A stretch of DNA of 64,000 bases, from assembly GCF_964194155.1 (NCBI RefSeq), contig NW_027596233.1:248001-312000 (forward strand), in the 5' to 3' direction. Of the stretch, positions 1 to 11,770 are shown in pieces (within the stretch, counting starts at the first letter, position 1; the number at the start of each line of letters is the position of its first letter). Made by a program: the position numbers and the translations under genes. The notes beneath the pieces are model-generated. The model saw only the letters and a program-made list of their open reading frames with translations, was not told the origin of the DNA and made no database searches. The stretch is from Cetorhinus maximus. Lineage: Eukaryota.

Positions 1-29
1 GCTTCGAAACGTTAAATATTAAAACTCAC

Positions 30-627
30 ACTATTTGAACCATTCTAAAATGGACATTTCGTGTAGGAATTAATAACAGACCTTGCATCCAACATCTAAA
101 ATCCGTCATGTATAAAACATTCTATAACTGATATTTCTGTAAAAACTGTAAAAGTGAATTATTTTAAAATAGTCTAAAAGTGACATTTCTTAAATGTTGC
201 GCAACTAGAATTTTTGAATCACAAGGTGAGTGCTGTTTCTGAAACATTTCATAAATGGCATTTTCCCAAAAATGCTTTTAATGACTATTTTTTTCCAAAG
301 ACGTATTGACTTATTTTTGAAAAGAAACACATTATTGGCTTTTTGAAAATTTTAGTAACTGATATCTTTGTAACAGTCTTTAAATGGCGTTTTCAGAAAT
401 GCCACATAATTTTTTTTTTCAAATAAACAATAACTCAATTTTTGTAAAACAATCCATTACTATTTTTTAAAACAATCTAAAATTGACATTTTTGGAAATA
501 ATATGACCTCCTTGAAGCATTAAACAGCCGACATTTCGGAAGCATTCCTTGACCGACATTGTCTAACTGAAATTTCTGAAGCATCGTAACACTGAACTTT
601 ATTCAAACATCCTGAAACTGATATTAG
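30..627. repeat. Degenerate AT-rich tandem repeat, roughly 25-35 bp period (core like ACTGACATTTTTGAAACATT)
   Basis: Recurrent variants: actgatatttctgtaaaa, gtgacatttcttaaa, attgacttatttttgaaaa, actgatatctttgtaaca, attgacatttttggaaa, ccgacatttcggaagcatt, actgaaatttctgaagcat. Period not exactly determined. Confidence 0.4.
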
Positions 628-1408
628 TTAAAACAAAAACAAAAATAAAAATACCTGGTAAAGCTCATCAGGTTTAGCAGCATCTGCGGAGAGGAAAACA
701 GGTAATTTTTCGATTCTGTTCGATTCTTCATCAGAACTAAGTAAAAATAGAAAAGAGGTGAAATATAAGCTGGTAATAAGGGGTGCGGGGTAGAGCTGGA
801 TAGAGGGCAAGTGATAGGTGGAGATAGCCAAAAAATTGCATCGACAAAAGGACAAAGAGGTGTTGAAGGTAATGATAGTATTTAAGTTAATTGCAAATTA
901 AGGATAGAAAGCAGGACAAGCAAGCAACAGGTAGCCCTAGTGGGGGTGGGGTGTGGTGAAGGGAAGGGATCGAAATAGGCTAAAAGTTTGAGGTAAAACC
1001 ATGGATGGAAATACATTTTAAAATAATGGAAAAATGTGGGGAAATAAAATTCTATTTAAATTATTGGGAAAAAAGGGGGGATTGGAAAGGGGGTGAGGAT
1101 GGAGGAGAGAGTTTGCGATTTAAAATTGTTGAAAAGAGCATTCAGTCTGGAAGGCTGTAAAGTTCCTAGTCGGAAGATGAGCTGCTGTTCCTCCAGTTTG
1201 CGTTGAGCTTCACTGGAACAATGCAGCAGGCCAAGGACTGACATCTGGGCATGAGAGTAGGGTGGAGTGGTGAAATGTCAAGTGACAGGCAACTCTGGGC
1301 CATGCTTGCGGACAGACCGAAGGTGTTCTGCAAAACGGTCACCCAGTCTGCGTTTGCCTATCCAATGTAGAGGACCCTGCACTGGGAGCAACAAATGCAG
1401 TAGACTAA
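628..1408 (-). mobile_element. Penelope-like retroelement, 3' part (GIY-YIG endonuclease relic plus terminal repeat)
   Basis: Minus strand translates, with lesions, to LVYCICCSQCRVLYIG..RRLGDRFAEHLRSVRKHGPELPV and SVLGLLHCSSEAQRKLEEQQLIFRLGTLQPSRLN, the GIY-YIG domain typical of Penelope-like elements. Confidence 0.8.
698..742 (-). ncRNA. Degenerate minimal hammerhead-ribozyme motif in the Penelope terminal repeat
   Basis: Reverse complement reads agtt-CTGATGA-a-gaatc-gaaca-gaatc-GAAA-aattacc: both conserved core boxes flank an imperfect stem II. The cleavage-site side is mutated. Confidence 0.45.
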
Positions 1409-1635
1409 TGCCGTAGGCGGCATTCCACAGAGATCGTTCCCTCCGGGACACCCTGGTGCACTCCTCCATCACCCTCTACACCTCAACCCCCTCCCACGGC
1501 ACATTCCCATGCTACCGCAGAAGGTGCAGCACCTGCCCCATTACTTCCCCTCCCCTCACCATCCAAGGGCCAAAACAATCCTTTCAATTGAAGCAGCACT
1601 TCACTTGCACTTCCGTTAATTCGTTGCTCCCAAGG
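1409..1635 (+). mobile_element. Penelope-like retroelement, inverted upstream segment (Cys-rich linker before GIY-YIG)
   Basis: Plus strand reads AFHRDRSLRDTLVHSS...HGTFPCYRRRCSTCPITS..IQGPKQSFQLKQHFTCTSVN, the segment that normally directly precedes the LVYCIxC..C..LYIG motif found on the opposite strand just to the left. Confidence 0.75.
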
Positions 1636-1964
1636 CCATTTTTTTCGAGGCTCTGGTAAGAGGAAATGAAAAGCGGTACGGGTTGTTGAGGAAATTGGGA
1701 AGAATTTCGTCCGGTCAAGAACCTCCAGTGTTGGGAGTCAAATAGGGTGTTTGGGGGAGGTTTTTCAGTGGAGGTGAGTGAACATAGGTGCTAGTGGGGT
1801 GGACGAGGATGCATCTCTGCGTGAACTCAGAGAATGGTGAATAACTCAAAGGGCCGAGTTAAAGAGACAGGGGCTCTATAAAAAAATAAAACAACTCCGG
1901 ACGCTGAACATAGGGCGAGCAACTTCCACCAGGAAAATGTTATAGGTACCTGACTGCAAATTCC

Positions 1965-2110
1965 TCAACAACACTGTGTTTGTACCTAAATCATATGGAC
2001 TGCACTGTTTCAGGAAAGCGGCTGACCACCAGGTTCTCAAGGGCAAAAGTGATGGTCAATCTAATATGTGGGCCTAGCCAGCGTCGCTAACGCTCCATGA
2101 CTGAGAAAAC
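1965..2110 (+). mobile_element. 3' tail fragment of a LINE
   Basis: aacactgtgtttgtacctaaatcatatggactgca...ttctcaagggc...ggcctagccagcg. Related sequence recurs at ~20575-20640 directly after a LINE ORF2 C-terminus. Confidence 0.5.
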
Positions 2111-3456
2111 ATCCATAGGCTCGCATAACTGTTCACATATTTGATTTTGTGTATTTATATGTGTATATATTCCGCTCCGAGAACATCTACATGTAATAAA
2201 TGTATTAAAATGATGTGATTTTGACATTCAGGTGTTGACTATTTGTGCTTTGATTCCACAGACAGACAGTGAAATGCTGCTTTATATTCAGGGGCTTTTC
2301 ATTCCCCGGACCTTGCTGAACGGTGCAAGACAGGAAAGCAACTGGTGACAGCGCAGTTCCTTTTCAGAGGCAAATATTTAACAAAAATAAATCGTAATAA
2401 CATTCGAAATATTTACCTATCCGTGCTAATTTATAATACGTGACAGAAAGAAACTGAAATGAAGATGGAGGATCGGATGCAGAAAGGACGATAAAATAAA
2501 CGGTGGAACAGACAAAAGGAGTGAGACAGAGCAAGAGAAAATCATCGAGACATGGAGAGAGAGCGAAGGAAGAGGGAGAGACAGGGCAGAGGTGGAGATC
2601 CAGAGAGAGAGAGAGGAAGTACTGACAGAGAGAGAGGCAGAGAGACTGGTCTAGAAACGGATAGGGAGATAAAAGCACAGGTAGAGAGGGAGGGAGAGAG
2701 AGATGTCGGAAAATGTTAAAAAATGAACTATTGAAATGGGTAAATCCCTGCAGATCCTTCCCCAGCTCGGGCTGTCCCAAAGCTTGGAACAGACAATGAT
2801 CTACTCCTGTGGGGACGTCAATATTTACAAGCTCCAAAACTCATCAGCGAGTTAATAACCAGGTAATCTGTTTTACTGATACTGCTCAACTGATCAATAT
2901 CGCTCCCAGGGCCACAGGGAGACATTTACATTTATTCTGACAATAGAGGCAGCCAGAGTGGGGTTTTGGATGATCGGGAGAAACACATTAAAATAATTGG
3001 CAGAGGAACCCGATGGCAGATGTGGGAAAATGTATTTTTACACAGCTTGTCCTTATGACCTGTAAGGTGCTTCCTGAAAGGGGAATGGAGGAAGGTACAA
3101 TGGTGAATTAAAAACGAGGAGTTGTGGACATAATTGAACGGGAAAAACAGCGATGGCAGAGCAATGGGGAAAGTGAAAAGATCGAGTGGGCAGGATTCCG
3201 TAGCTATATCAAACATCCAGCAGAGGCTCAATGGACCAAATGGACAAAATCGTGCTTTTCTCTTCAGTTTGGCTCTTACTTTAAACACCGTTCAGAATTA
3301 TATTAAATCTTCACAAGGTCAATCATTGCACAGATATGTCTCTCTATTGATTAACAAGTATGTAGCTTGGGAGTCTGCATCGTTAACATGCACAAAGTGG
3401 AGGAAATCTGCATTTAGCGCATGATATTATTAAATACAGAACAGTCGCTCAGTTCC

Positions 3457-3465
3457 TATAAAAAG
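3457..3465 (+). promoter_or_regulatory. Candidate TATA box
   Basis: TATAAAAAG starting 52 nt upstream of the ATG of a signal-peptide-like exon. Confidence 0.45.
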
Positions 3466-3508
3466 CATTTGTACTCCTGCTTTCTCATCTTTACTCTGAG
3501 GAGCTCAA

Positions 3509-3593
3509 ATGATGTGGAAAGCTCCGTTTTTTGCTCTTGGATTCATGGTCCTGGCAGGGGCGCTTTATAGCCACGGTCATTATACTACAGGAG
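3509..3593 (+). CDS. Candidate first coding exon: signal peptide of an unidentified secreted protein (may be pseudogenic)
   Basis: ATG at 3509 reads MMWKAPFFALGFMVLAGALYSHGHYTTG (basic N-region, hydrophobic core, small residues), then a consensus phase-1 donor GAG|GTGAGT at 3593/3594. TATA box upstream. Confidence 0.5.
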
Positions 3594-4979
3594 GTGAGTG
3601 TATTTCACATTAGCCGCTTCAGTTCAATATTAAATGTAAATGGAACAGGAGATGAACATTCAGCGTCTCAAGCCTGTATCTACACTCAAATGACACCTGA
3701 CTGATGTGTGCTGACTGCCATTACCCTAATTTGTTTCCTTAACAATTAAAAACCTTTCAATATGTAAACCTATCAATTTCTGTTTTGTTCCCTTTCAAAA
3801 ATAAAGTATTGATTGCATTTTATTTATAGTGGGCTTGTCCAGTAACCATCAATATCATCAAGGCATCTGCCCGTAGCCCCCTCATGTGTCTCATCCACAT
3901 GCTGTCCTTTGGTGATATTTTACATTCTCTCTATACCATGCTTTCAACACGCACCCTATACACCATCGTATGATTTTCTCTAGTCGGACAACCCTGCGAG
4001 ATAATTGGGTCCCCCAATTCTGCCTGACTCTGTATGCCCTGATTTCAATCGATTCCTCATTGACGGCTGTGTCTTCTGCGGCTGGGGACAGATTCTTCAG
4101 CATTCCCCCATACACCCATGAGTGTGTAGCTCTGTGGATATTATTTTTTCATTATGCTCCTGCTGAGTCCCCCGCATATAATCGAGATGTTGAAGGGGCG
4201 ATACAAGTTGTTTCCGTTCTCGCTGTGCTCAGTTACGGTATACGTATCACATGCTTAGACTTCTCTTGGAGCAAAGTGCCCAGTAGTAATCTACATATCC
4301 CTCGGGTAGATCACCCTAAGAACACTGTTCACTGTTCTGGTTTCAACATTCCATGGTTAGTCCACACTTGGAACAATGATGGTCCTCAATGAATTGTTCC
4401 TTTCACTTCGCCAGGCCTCACCGTGGAATGTGACTTGATTGTAGGGAGATGCAGACTAGAAGACTGTAAGTGAGGCTGGACCCGCTTCAGGCAGCGATGT
4501 TATCTTACATTTGTCTGCTGCAAGAGTAAGTGAGTTACCACAACTAACTGTTTATCATTTGGCAGGCGCCTGAGGCCTTGGCTGAAGCTCACTCTAGTTT
4601 CTGAAAGTCACGATCTGCCAAATTGCTTAGATCTGATGACCCATTGCTCCCTGGTTCCTGAAAAATGTGAATAAAATTAACTGCATTGCACACTGCTTAT
4701 TGTCCAGCAATAGTGTCTTATTTGGATCGCTGTATTGCCATATTGACAGTGTTGGATGGGAGGTCAGAAAATGGCAGGGCCACATTGACATCTTCAAGCG
4801 CCAATAAAGTCATTGGCGCAAAACACACAACTTCCAAGCAATGTCGAAGTTTTTTTTTCCACCACCCCTGATACGTCCTCTCATACAAGCAGGACAGATA
4901 CTCTGTGGGGGTGATGGTGAAGTGGCTAACAGCCAAGAGGCGCTGGCACTGAAAGGCTTCAACATTGACTACAGGCACT

Positions 4980-6060
4980 AGGGTGTCTCACACGGCATCA
5001 GGGCAAACACGGGAATGGAAGATTCCTGCTTCATCCCAGCTCTCAGTCTCCCTAGGCAGATGAATCTTTAGGACCCCGCCCCCCACCCCATCTTATACAT
5101 TACTTGAAAGAACGAATGACAGCGAAAAATGCACCCTGGATGTCAGTCTTGAATGGCAATTATCAAGTATGACACAGAGCACCAATACTGACGAGTTAGC
5201 CCAGCCTCAAAACGTATAGACTGTAATGGTTCCAGAAGGTGTCTCATGAACAACTACATAAGGGCAATTTGGGAAGACCAACAAAAGCTATAATCACGCC
5301 TCGCAGAAACAAGTATGTAAATAACCTGTCAAATTTGGCCAATGTCAGGTTGTACCTGACCTCGCCCTCAACGATGTGCCTGTCACTGATGCGTGTCCTT
5401 GACAGTATTAGTTGGAGTGATTACCGCACAGTTCATTGAAGCTGAGCTTTTGCCACCACATGGAGGACACGCTCCACAGTGCGGAGTGCCAAAGTCACTG
5501 TGTAAAATACGATCTTTCAGATCAGAATTAGCAGTTCGGAACTGGGCATCCATGGGGCTCTGTGGGTAACCAGGAGCAGCGGAACTGTACACAGCCACAA
5601 TGTCTAAGCTCTTGACCAGACTTATACCCCAAATATCATTACCGGGAAGCCAAGAGTTCAGCCATGGTTCAATGCAGAATGCGGGATTGTGTGGGAATCA
5701 GCAACAAGCATCCCGAAACAGCGAGGTGCGAAGCTGTTGATGTTATAATGAAGAAATATATGTTACCTTATCAGCACGTCATTGACAGTGTTCTGTGATC
5801 CCACAATCAAAGGAACAGGACAGAGATCTGGAGCCCATCCACATCTGGTTGTCTCCAAATCGAAAAAATAATTTGCCAGAGGAGAGGTCTGCAGACCTAT
5901 CTCCACCCTTGGTGATGGGCGTGTCCAACTGAACAGCATTTAAACCAAGGCTGAAGTGTTCGAAATATGCCAAGAAATATGTGCTAGGTGAATGATGTTC
6001 CCCGGCCTCCTCCTGAGGTATCCAAAATCACAGGTACCAACATTTAGCCAATTTAATTAG
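4980..6060 (+). mobile_element. Highly decayed LINE ORF2 (apurinic endonuclease region)
   Basis: Residual endonuclease C-terminal motif VLDSISWSDYRTV (SDH-type box) at ~5395-5435, with many stops and frameshifts. Confidence 0.5.
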
Positions 6061-7059
6061 CTCCAGTGTTATCAAATGAGATGAATTCAATTGGCACAAC
6101 CTACTTGCAGCCGGACTGAAGACCTGACTTGCCTCCTCAGACAGACAGTCTCATCTTTTTTCACTGTCAAAGGCAATTTGTTGCTCACATCGTGTTGAAG
6201 GGAGACACACCGGGTGGTTTGTTTCACACATTCTCTCAAACAGATTCCACGCCCCACCAACCTCACTACCCCCTGCACTTGCCTTCCACCCAGCTTAGGG
6301 GTAAAGCATGAAAGAGTTGGAATGATTAACAGTTTATTTATCAATATTTGACCATCGCCATGTGCACTCCTTCCAAGTCCTGGATGACCTGGAGATAAAA
6401 ATTAAACTGGGAGCTTCCAGCTCAGACGGAGGGTATTTATGAAGTAAGGAGGAAAATTCCTCATAAAGAATGGCAACAGCACATAAATAATTATGCAGCA
6501 GGGTTATCATAAGAAATATTTAGCCATCTAGTCAGATGGATATGGAAAGTTGAGAGAGAGAAGGAGGGAGAGTGCAAAAGAAGGATGGAGAAGGAGAGGA
6601 AATAAGGGGTAACGAACCAGGGGACTGAAATGTAATAAGGTTTTGAAAAGTATCAATGGCGATAACAGAGAAATATATGTTTTTACACAGGGAGCTTTTA
6701 TTATCTGGAATAAACTGGCTGATAAGCAGCAGTAGGAAGATTCCATCTTGGCTTTCAGAACGGGATTAAATCAGTATCGGTTGGGGAAAGATACGCAGGG
6801 CCAAGGTGAAATGATGTGGAAAGTGATTCGGTGAGGGACGCTCGCAGAGAAGCAGCTCAGGAACCCGGAACAATTATTTTCCTTCTGCTCGGGTACCAAT
6901 CGATGATTCTATGGGGGAGTGGGTGGCTGGCAAATTCAGCAAGAGGAAATAATCGAGACACAGGCGTATTGAGATTGACAAGGGGTTGAGAGTGGATAAG
7001 GGAGCGACATATTGAGAAAGAGATTAACATAGCGGGAAACAGGGAGAGAGGGACAATTG

Positions 7060-7098
7060 AGTGAGAGGGAGCGAGAGAGAGAGAGAGAGAGAGAAAGA

Positions 7099-7142
<44 letters not shown>

Positions 7143-7160
7143 AAGAAGGAGAGAGAGAGG
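7060..7160. repeat. (GA)n microsatellite
   Basis: Directly visible. Confidence 0.95.
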
Positions 7161-7974
7161 GAGAAGTAAAATCCCCATAGAGATTTCTAACTGGTCAAGC
7201 AAAACGTGTGTTTTCATTTACTGGTTCATTCATGAACACGCAACACGATTTAAAAGCTTTCTTGAGAAAAGTCCAGAAAGAGCAGGATCAGCACAAAAGG
7301 TACCAAAATATCGTAGATAGCTTAGACTTTAAATTATTGGACATGATGTTTCACTTAATGCTTTTCACGAAAAGCAGAAAAAGAAACAATCAAACAAATA
7401 TACAAACAGGTAAATAAAGAGATAAATAATGTTCCTAAACATTGTCCATTCTATCTCCCCCTGGCCATTATCGGGTAGATGTTACAATCCCAGTAAGTGC
7501 GTCTCTTATACATATATATTTATATTCCTGAACTCAATCGATGTGGCATTAGATGGTAATCTTTCTATCCCTCCTCAGAGCTGTAATTGCTTCTAGAACC
7601 AAAATTCTCACCTCGTCCATTTTCCTCCCCCTCTCCATATCATATGTTGCGTGGAATGTTGCGCTCCCATTCCTGTCCCTCTCTAAGCTCTATTTCTGCA
7701 ATAGGTATGATATCATACTGCCACGTTTGAATCTGTGAACTCAGCTCGACCTCTTTATTTGCTCTACTCCTTATATTGAACTTTATGTCCTGGGACATTG
7801 GCAAAATCTCGTTGTCTTTTCAATATTTGGTTTTCCCTGCCGTCCAGACTCACTCACTGATTTTCTTCCTTCCATTACCCTTTCTGACTTTTCCCAGTCT
7901 AAATCCAACATCAGGCTCTCAGGCTGCCGCAAAACAATTTTAAACCCTTCCCAGCAGCCCTAGTAAACATCCTG

Positions 7975-8100
7975 AATGTACGCCACTGTCCCGGCACATC
8001 TGGTAAATCAGTCCTGCCATGGGGCAGGACATTACCGGGGATGTTGATGGAGGAGTCTGGCAAATTGGATGTAAGGTGTGATTCTGTGAGTATGAAAACT
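7975..8100 (-). mobile_element. LINE endonuclease N-terminal fragment
   Basis: FILTESHLTSNLPDSSINIPGNVL resembles the 'LTE(S/T)xL...I(P)GY' start of APE-type LINE ORF2. Confidence 0.55.
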
Positions 8101-8160
8101 TTAGAACAACAAGGTGTCAATGTGACCCTGCCACTTTCTGACCTGCCCTCTCAGTCAATA

Positions 8161-8577
8161 TGGTGACACACCAACCGAATGAGAAATGAGACACTGACAA
8201 GAGACAGTTATCAATGCAGCAAGGTTTATTCACAAGACTCAGAAAGCAGTGGGGCAGGGGCCAGGGTTCGCGCAGTCTCCACAACCAAACGAGGCCTGAA
8301 TTAAAGTTAAATTTTCTCGACGACATTGGGGATGAGGTTACATATATCCACCCTGTTGTAGATCATTTCTCCTTGCAGCACGATTGGTTGGGTGCACACA
8401 AACAATTAGTTGGCTGAAGCTGGCCTAGCGAGAAAGGTTTGAATCGACATTTTCTCCAAAGCTCTTGATTCCGAAATTCTCGGCTGAGACGTTCATAAGG
8501 ATATTTCATTAGCCTATTGTTCTGGGTGGGACATAGAGGGAGAATATCAGCACATTAACAAGCCGCGTATGTCAACA
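8161..8577 (-). mobile_element. Possible solo LTR
   Basis: On the minus strand: TG start, CCAAT (~8385), TATATG (~8344), AATAAA (~8228), CA end, in LTR-like order. No target-site duplication found. Confidence 0.25.
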
Positions 8578-8859
8578 TTTCACTCGCGTGAGGGGGATCA
8601 GGAGCATATATTGCCTAGAAGTGCATTTCTCACTCCTGTTAAACCAGCTTCCCTTTAAAAACATTAACGTTTCTGAACCCAACCACTCCCTGTAGTCCCA
8701 CGCTGCACATTCCCACCGTTCTCTGGGTAAAGATGGTTCTTTTGAACACTCTATTGCATTCATCAGTGACAAACTTACATTGAAGCGCCCTCGATTTGGC
8801 CAAAAAAAGTCAACAGAAACATCCTCCCTACACCGACACAATCAAAACCTCCTGTGGAA

Positions 8860-9730
8860 TGTACAACATAAACTTTTAGTGAAATAGCGCCATTATCCTA
8901 CTAAAGGTTCCAGAGGTGTCTCACAGGAGTCTCTTCAAAGCAATGTCGCCTTTGGACGACAGGGGGAGTCACAGGGACGGATGACAAGGTATTTGCTCAA
9001 AGTCATTGTGTTGAAGCAACGTCTTACAGGAGGAACAAGAGGTGGAACATTTTAGGATGGATAGGGGTGTGGAATTTAAGCGCTTAGGGACCAGGCAGCG
9101 AAAGGCAGAGCCGCCAAAGTCAGGACTCACGCAGCAACATTTTAAATACAGCATTTTTTATGGAGGTTTGGAAGTGCGAGAGCAGTCAGGGTTGCATTGG
9201 AATAGACAAGTCCGGATTTAAGCAATGTCTGGTAGAGGATTTCAGTAACATATGAATTGAGGCCGGTAGGCACGCGCTATTACGAAGGCCGAACAGTTTG
9301 GTCATTTAGATGGCATAGATTATGTGGCATGAATCACATCTTGCGGTCAATTATGCCACCAAGTTAGTGAACGTTTTCACCTTGGATATTCGCCAAGTGC
9401 TGGGCGATTTTGGTCTTATTTATTTGAAGCAAATGTTTCCACATCCACTATTAGATGGTTGATAAGCAATCTGGTTATTGAGAGACAGTGGAGGAGTTGA
9501 CAGGTGTAGTGGTAATGTCGGGCTTAGCGCCGTATTGTGGATAATACCACTGCGTTTTCGCCTGCTGTCTCCGAGGGGTTCCTCAAGTGGAGGTGGGGGA
9601 ATTGCAGACATTGAAGGACAGGGAAAAGCGGGAGATAGTGGGATTATTCAATATAATGCACAGTTCATTATTTTACAATTACACAGCAGAGAGTTTGTAG
9701 GGTCTTTTGAGGAAAAGATTTTCAGTATAC
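8860..9730 (-). mobile_element. Decayed L2-like LINE 3' region
   Basis: Purine-rich antisense composition and recalled resemblance to L2-type tails. No intact motif. Confidence 0.35.
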
Positions 9731-10049
9731 ATAATGAAAGTCGCTAAAGTGAGGTAAGGTGCTGATCAAAAAACATCCAATTCTATGTTGGGGGAGACCT
9801 TGGGTGCACAATGTCTCCGCCTGTTCCTATCAATAGCGCCATGTGTTGTATCCTGAGAGATATACTGAACTGCCAATTCCGGAGGGTACACTAACGATCC
9901 GGAAGGAAAGGACTTTATCATCACCAAGACACCAAATACCAAGAGCAGCCTTTTCACCATTTTCTGCTGAGTTCCTCAGAGTCACAATGAGATGGGTGGA
10001 ATATGAAAGCTCTTTATTTGGGCTCAGGAAGCATCCTGTCGTTGATTAC

Positions 10050-10086
10050 CAGACACAGACACACACACACACACACACACACACAC
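10050..10086. repeat. (CA)n microsatellite
   Basis: Directly visible. Confidence 0.95.
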
Positions 10087-11129
10087 TGGGGATTGGTTAC
10101 ATCTTGAACATATTAAAAGAGTACGGGAACGGAGACCAAGATTGACTGGAATCAATGACTTAATGCTTTGTCAAAGCTGGTTTTTAATTGATCTCCACGA
10201 ATACGTCCGAATAATTATTAACATTGGGACGATTTATAAACATCATTGGTTGACATTAAATAAACTTATTTTGTGTAAAATGTAATTCCTGTCATCTTCC
10301 AAATTTGTTCATTTTCAATTATCTTTATTGTGTTTTTACTGATAAACTAACCTCCCACTCTCTCGGATAACCCACAGCGTCTGTGGGCAGAATACTTGGA
10401 TGTGGCATTTATTTCTCCCTCTGACATAACTGAAGCAGGCGGCCTTGTCATTGCCTCTTCAGTGGGAGCTTTCTGTACACCGATTGGCTCTCACACTTTC
10501 TACATTACATCATTGATGACACGTTAACATTGGCTGGGAAAATCTTTGGGATGTTTGTACGCCTCGAATAATGATATAGAAATGTAATATTTTTTAATAA
10601 TTCTCTTTGCACCGCACCATCTATCTGCGTCCTAATACTCTCCTCCTGCCTTTCTGAGTTTACGGCGAATTTCTCTATCTCTATCTCGCACTGCTCCTCT
10701 AACTCATCATATGCGTCTCCTTCTTCATCCATCCCGTTCGCTATCTTCCTCTCAGGTTATCGCTCCGTTAAATATTTCTAAATCAAAGCCGTTGGAGGAT
10801 GGTTAAGTATATGCCTCTGATAATGAACCGTGCTGTCACTCGTCGCCATCCTGTCTGACAGTCGTTAGTTAATAGAAAGGAGTGAGATGTCCCTGAATAT
10901 GAAGCAGCAGCTGTCTGTCTGTGGAGACAGTACAGAGACTCTTAGCTAGCCCAGCAGAGACATATAAATATATGTTATTGTTGTGAATTGTATGGAAGCT
11001 TCAGATAGGATCAATCTAGGAAATATGTTTCTGTTGTTTGCCAGGCCGCCAAATGTAATGGCCATCAATACAACAGATTCACTGATGAATCCAATAAGAA
11101 ACTTAGTAAACAGGAACGATGTCTTACGG

Positions 11130-11770
11130 CAGCTGTACACAGCCTCTCTGAGAATATAACTGGAATATTGTGCGCAGTGTATCCCCCTCAGCTAAAAAAG
11201 GATATAATTTTCACAGAGGGAAGTGCAGCGAAGTATCACCGGAATGATTACTGGGGTAGCAGGATTGTCGTCTGAGCAGAGAATGGCTCGACTCGGCCCG
11301 TATTCAGTGAAGATTAGAAGTATGAGGTGTGATATTTTTGAAGCGTATACAGTTCTGATAGGGCTGGGCGGACTTGGTGCCTGGTTTGGGGGGGGTGGGG
11401 GGCGGGGGATGTGGCGGCGGGCGGGCGTGGTTGGATTTCCACCCTGGCCGGGGGCGTCTGGAGGTGGGGCCCCCGTCTGAGGTTTCGGAGTAGGCAATTT
11501 AGGAATGAGATGATGGTCAAATTGTTTCACTCAGATTGTTCTGAGCCTGTAATATTCTCCACAAGAGGATGCTGTGGATGGCAATTCACTGAATATATTT
11601 AAGGAGGAAATAGATAGATATCTAGACACTAAATGCATCAAGGGGGATGGGGAGAGACAGGGGGTAAGACGTTGCATTACAGGATCTGCCATGATCATTT
11701 TGAATGGAAGAGCAGTCTGGAAGGGCCGAATAGTCCAGTCTTGCTGCTATATTTTATGTTTTTCTATTTC
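11130..11770 (+). mobile_element. CR1 LINE 3' end, decayed, with an internal G-rich expansion
   Basis: LEYCAQ.., VQRSITGMITGVAGLSSEQRMARLGPYSV..MRCDIFEAY.., SLNIFKEEIDRYLD: the CR1 ORF2 C-terminus followed by a 3' UTR. Confidence 0.8.
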
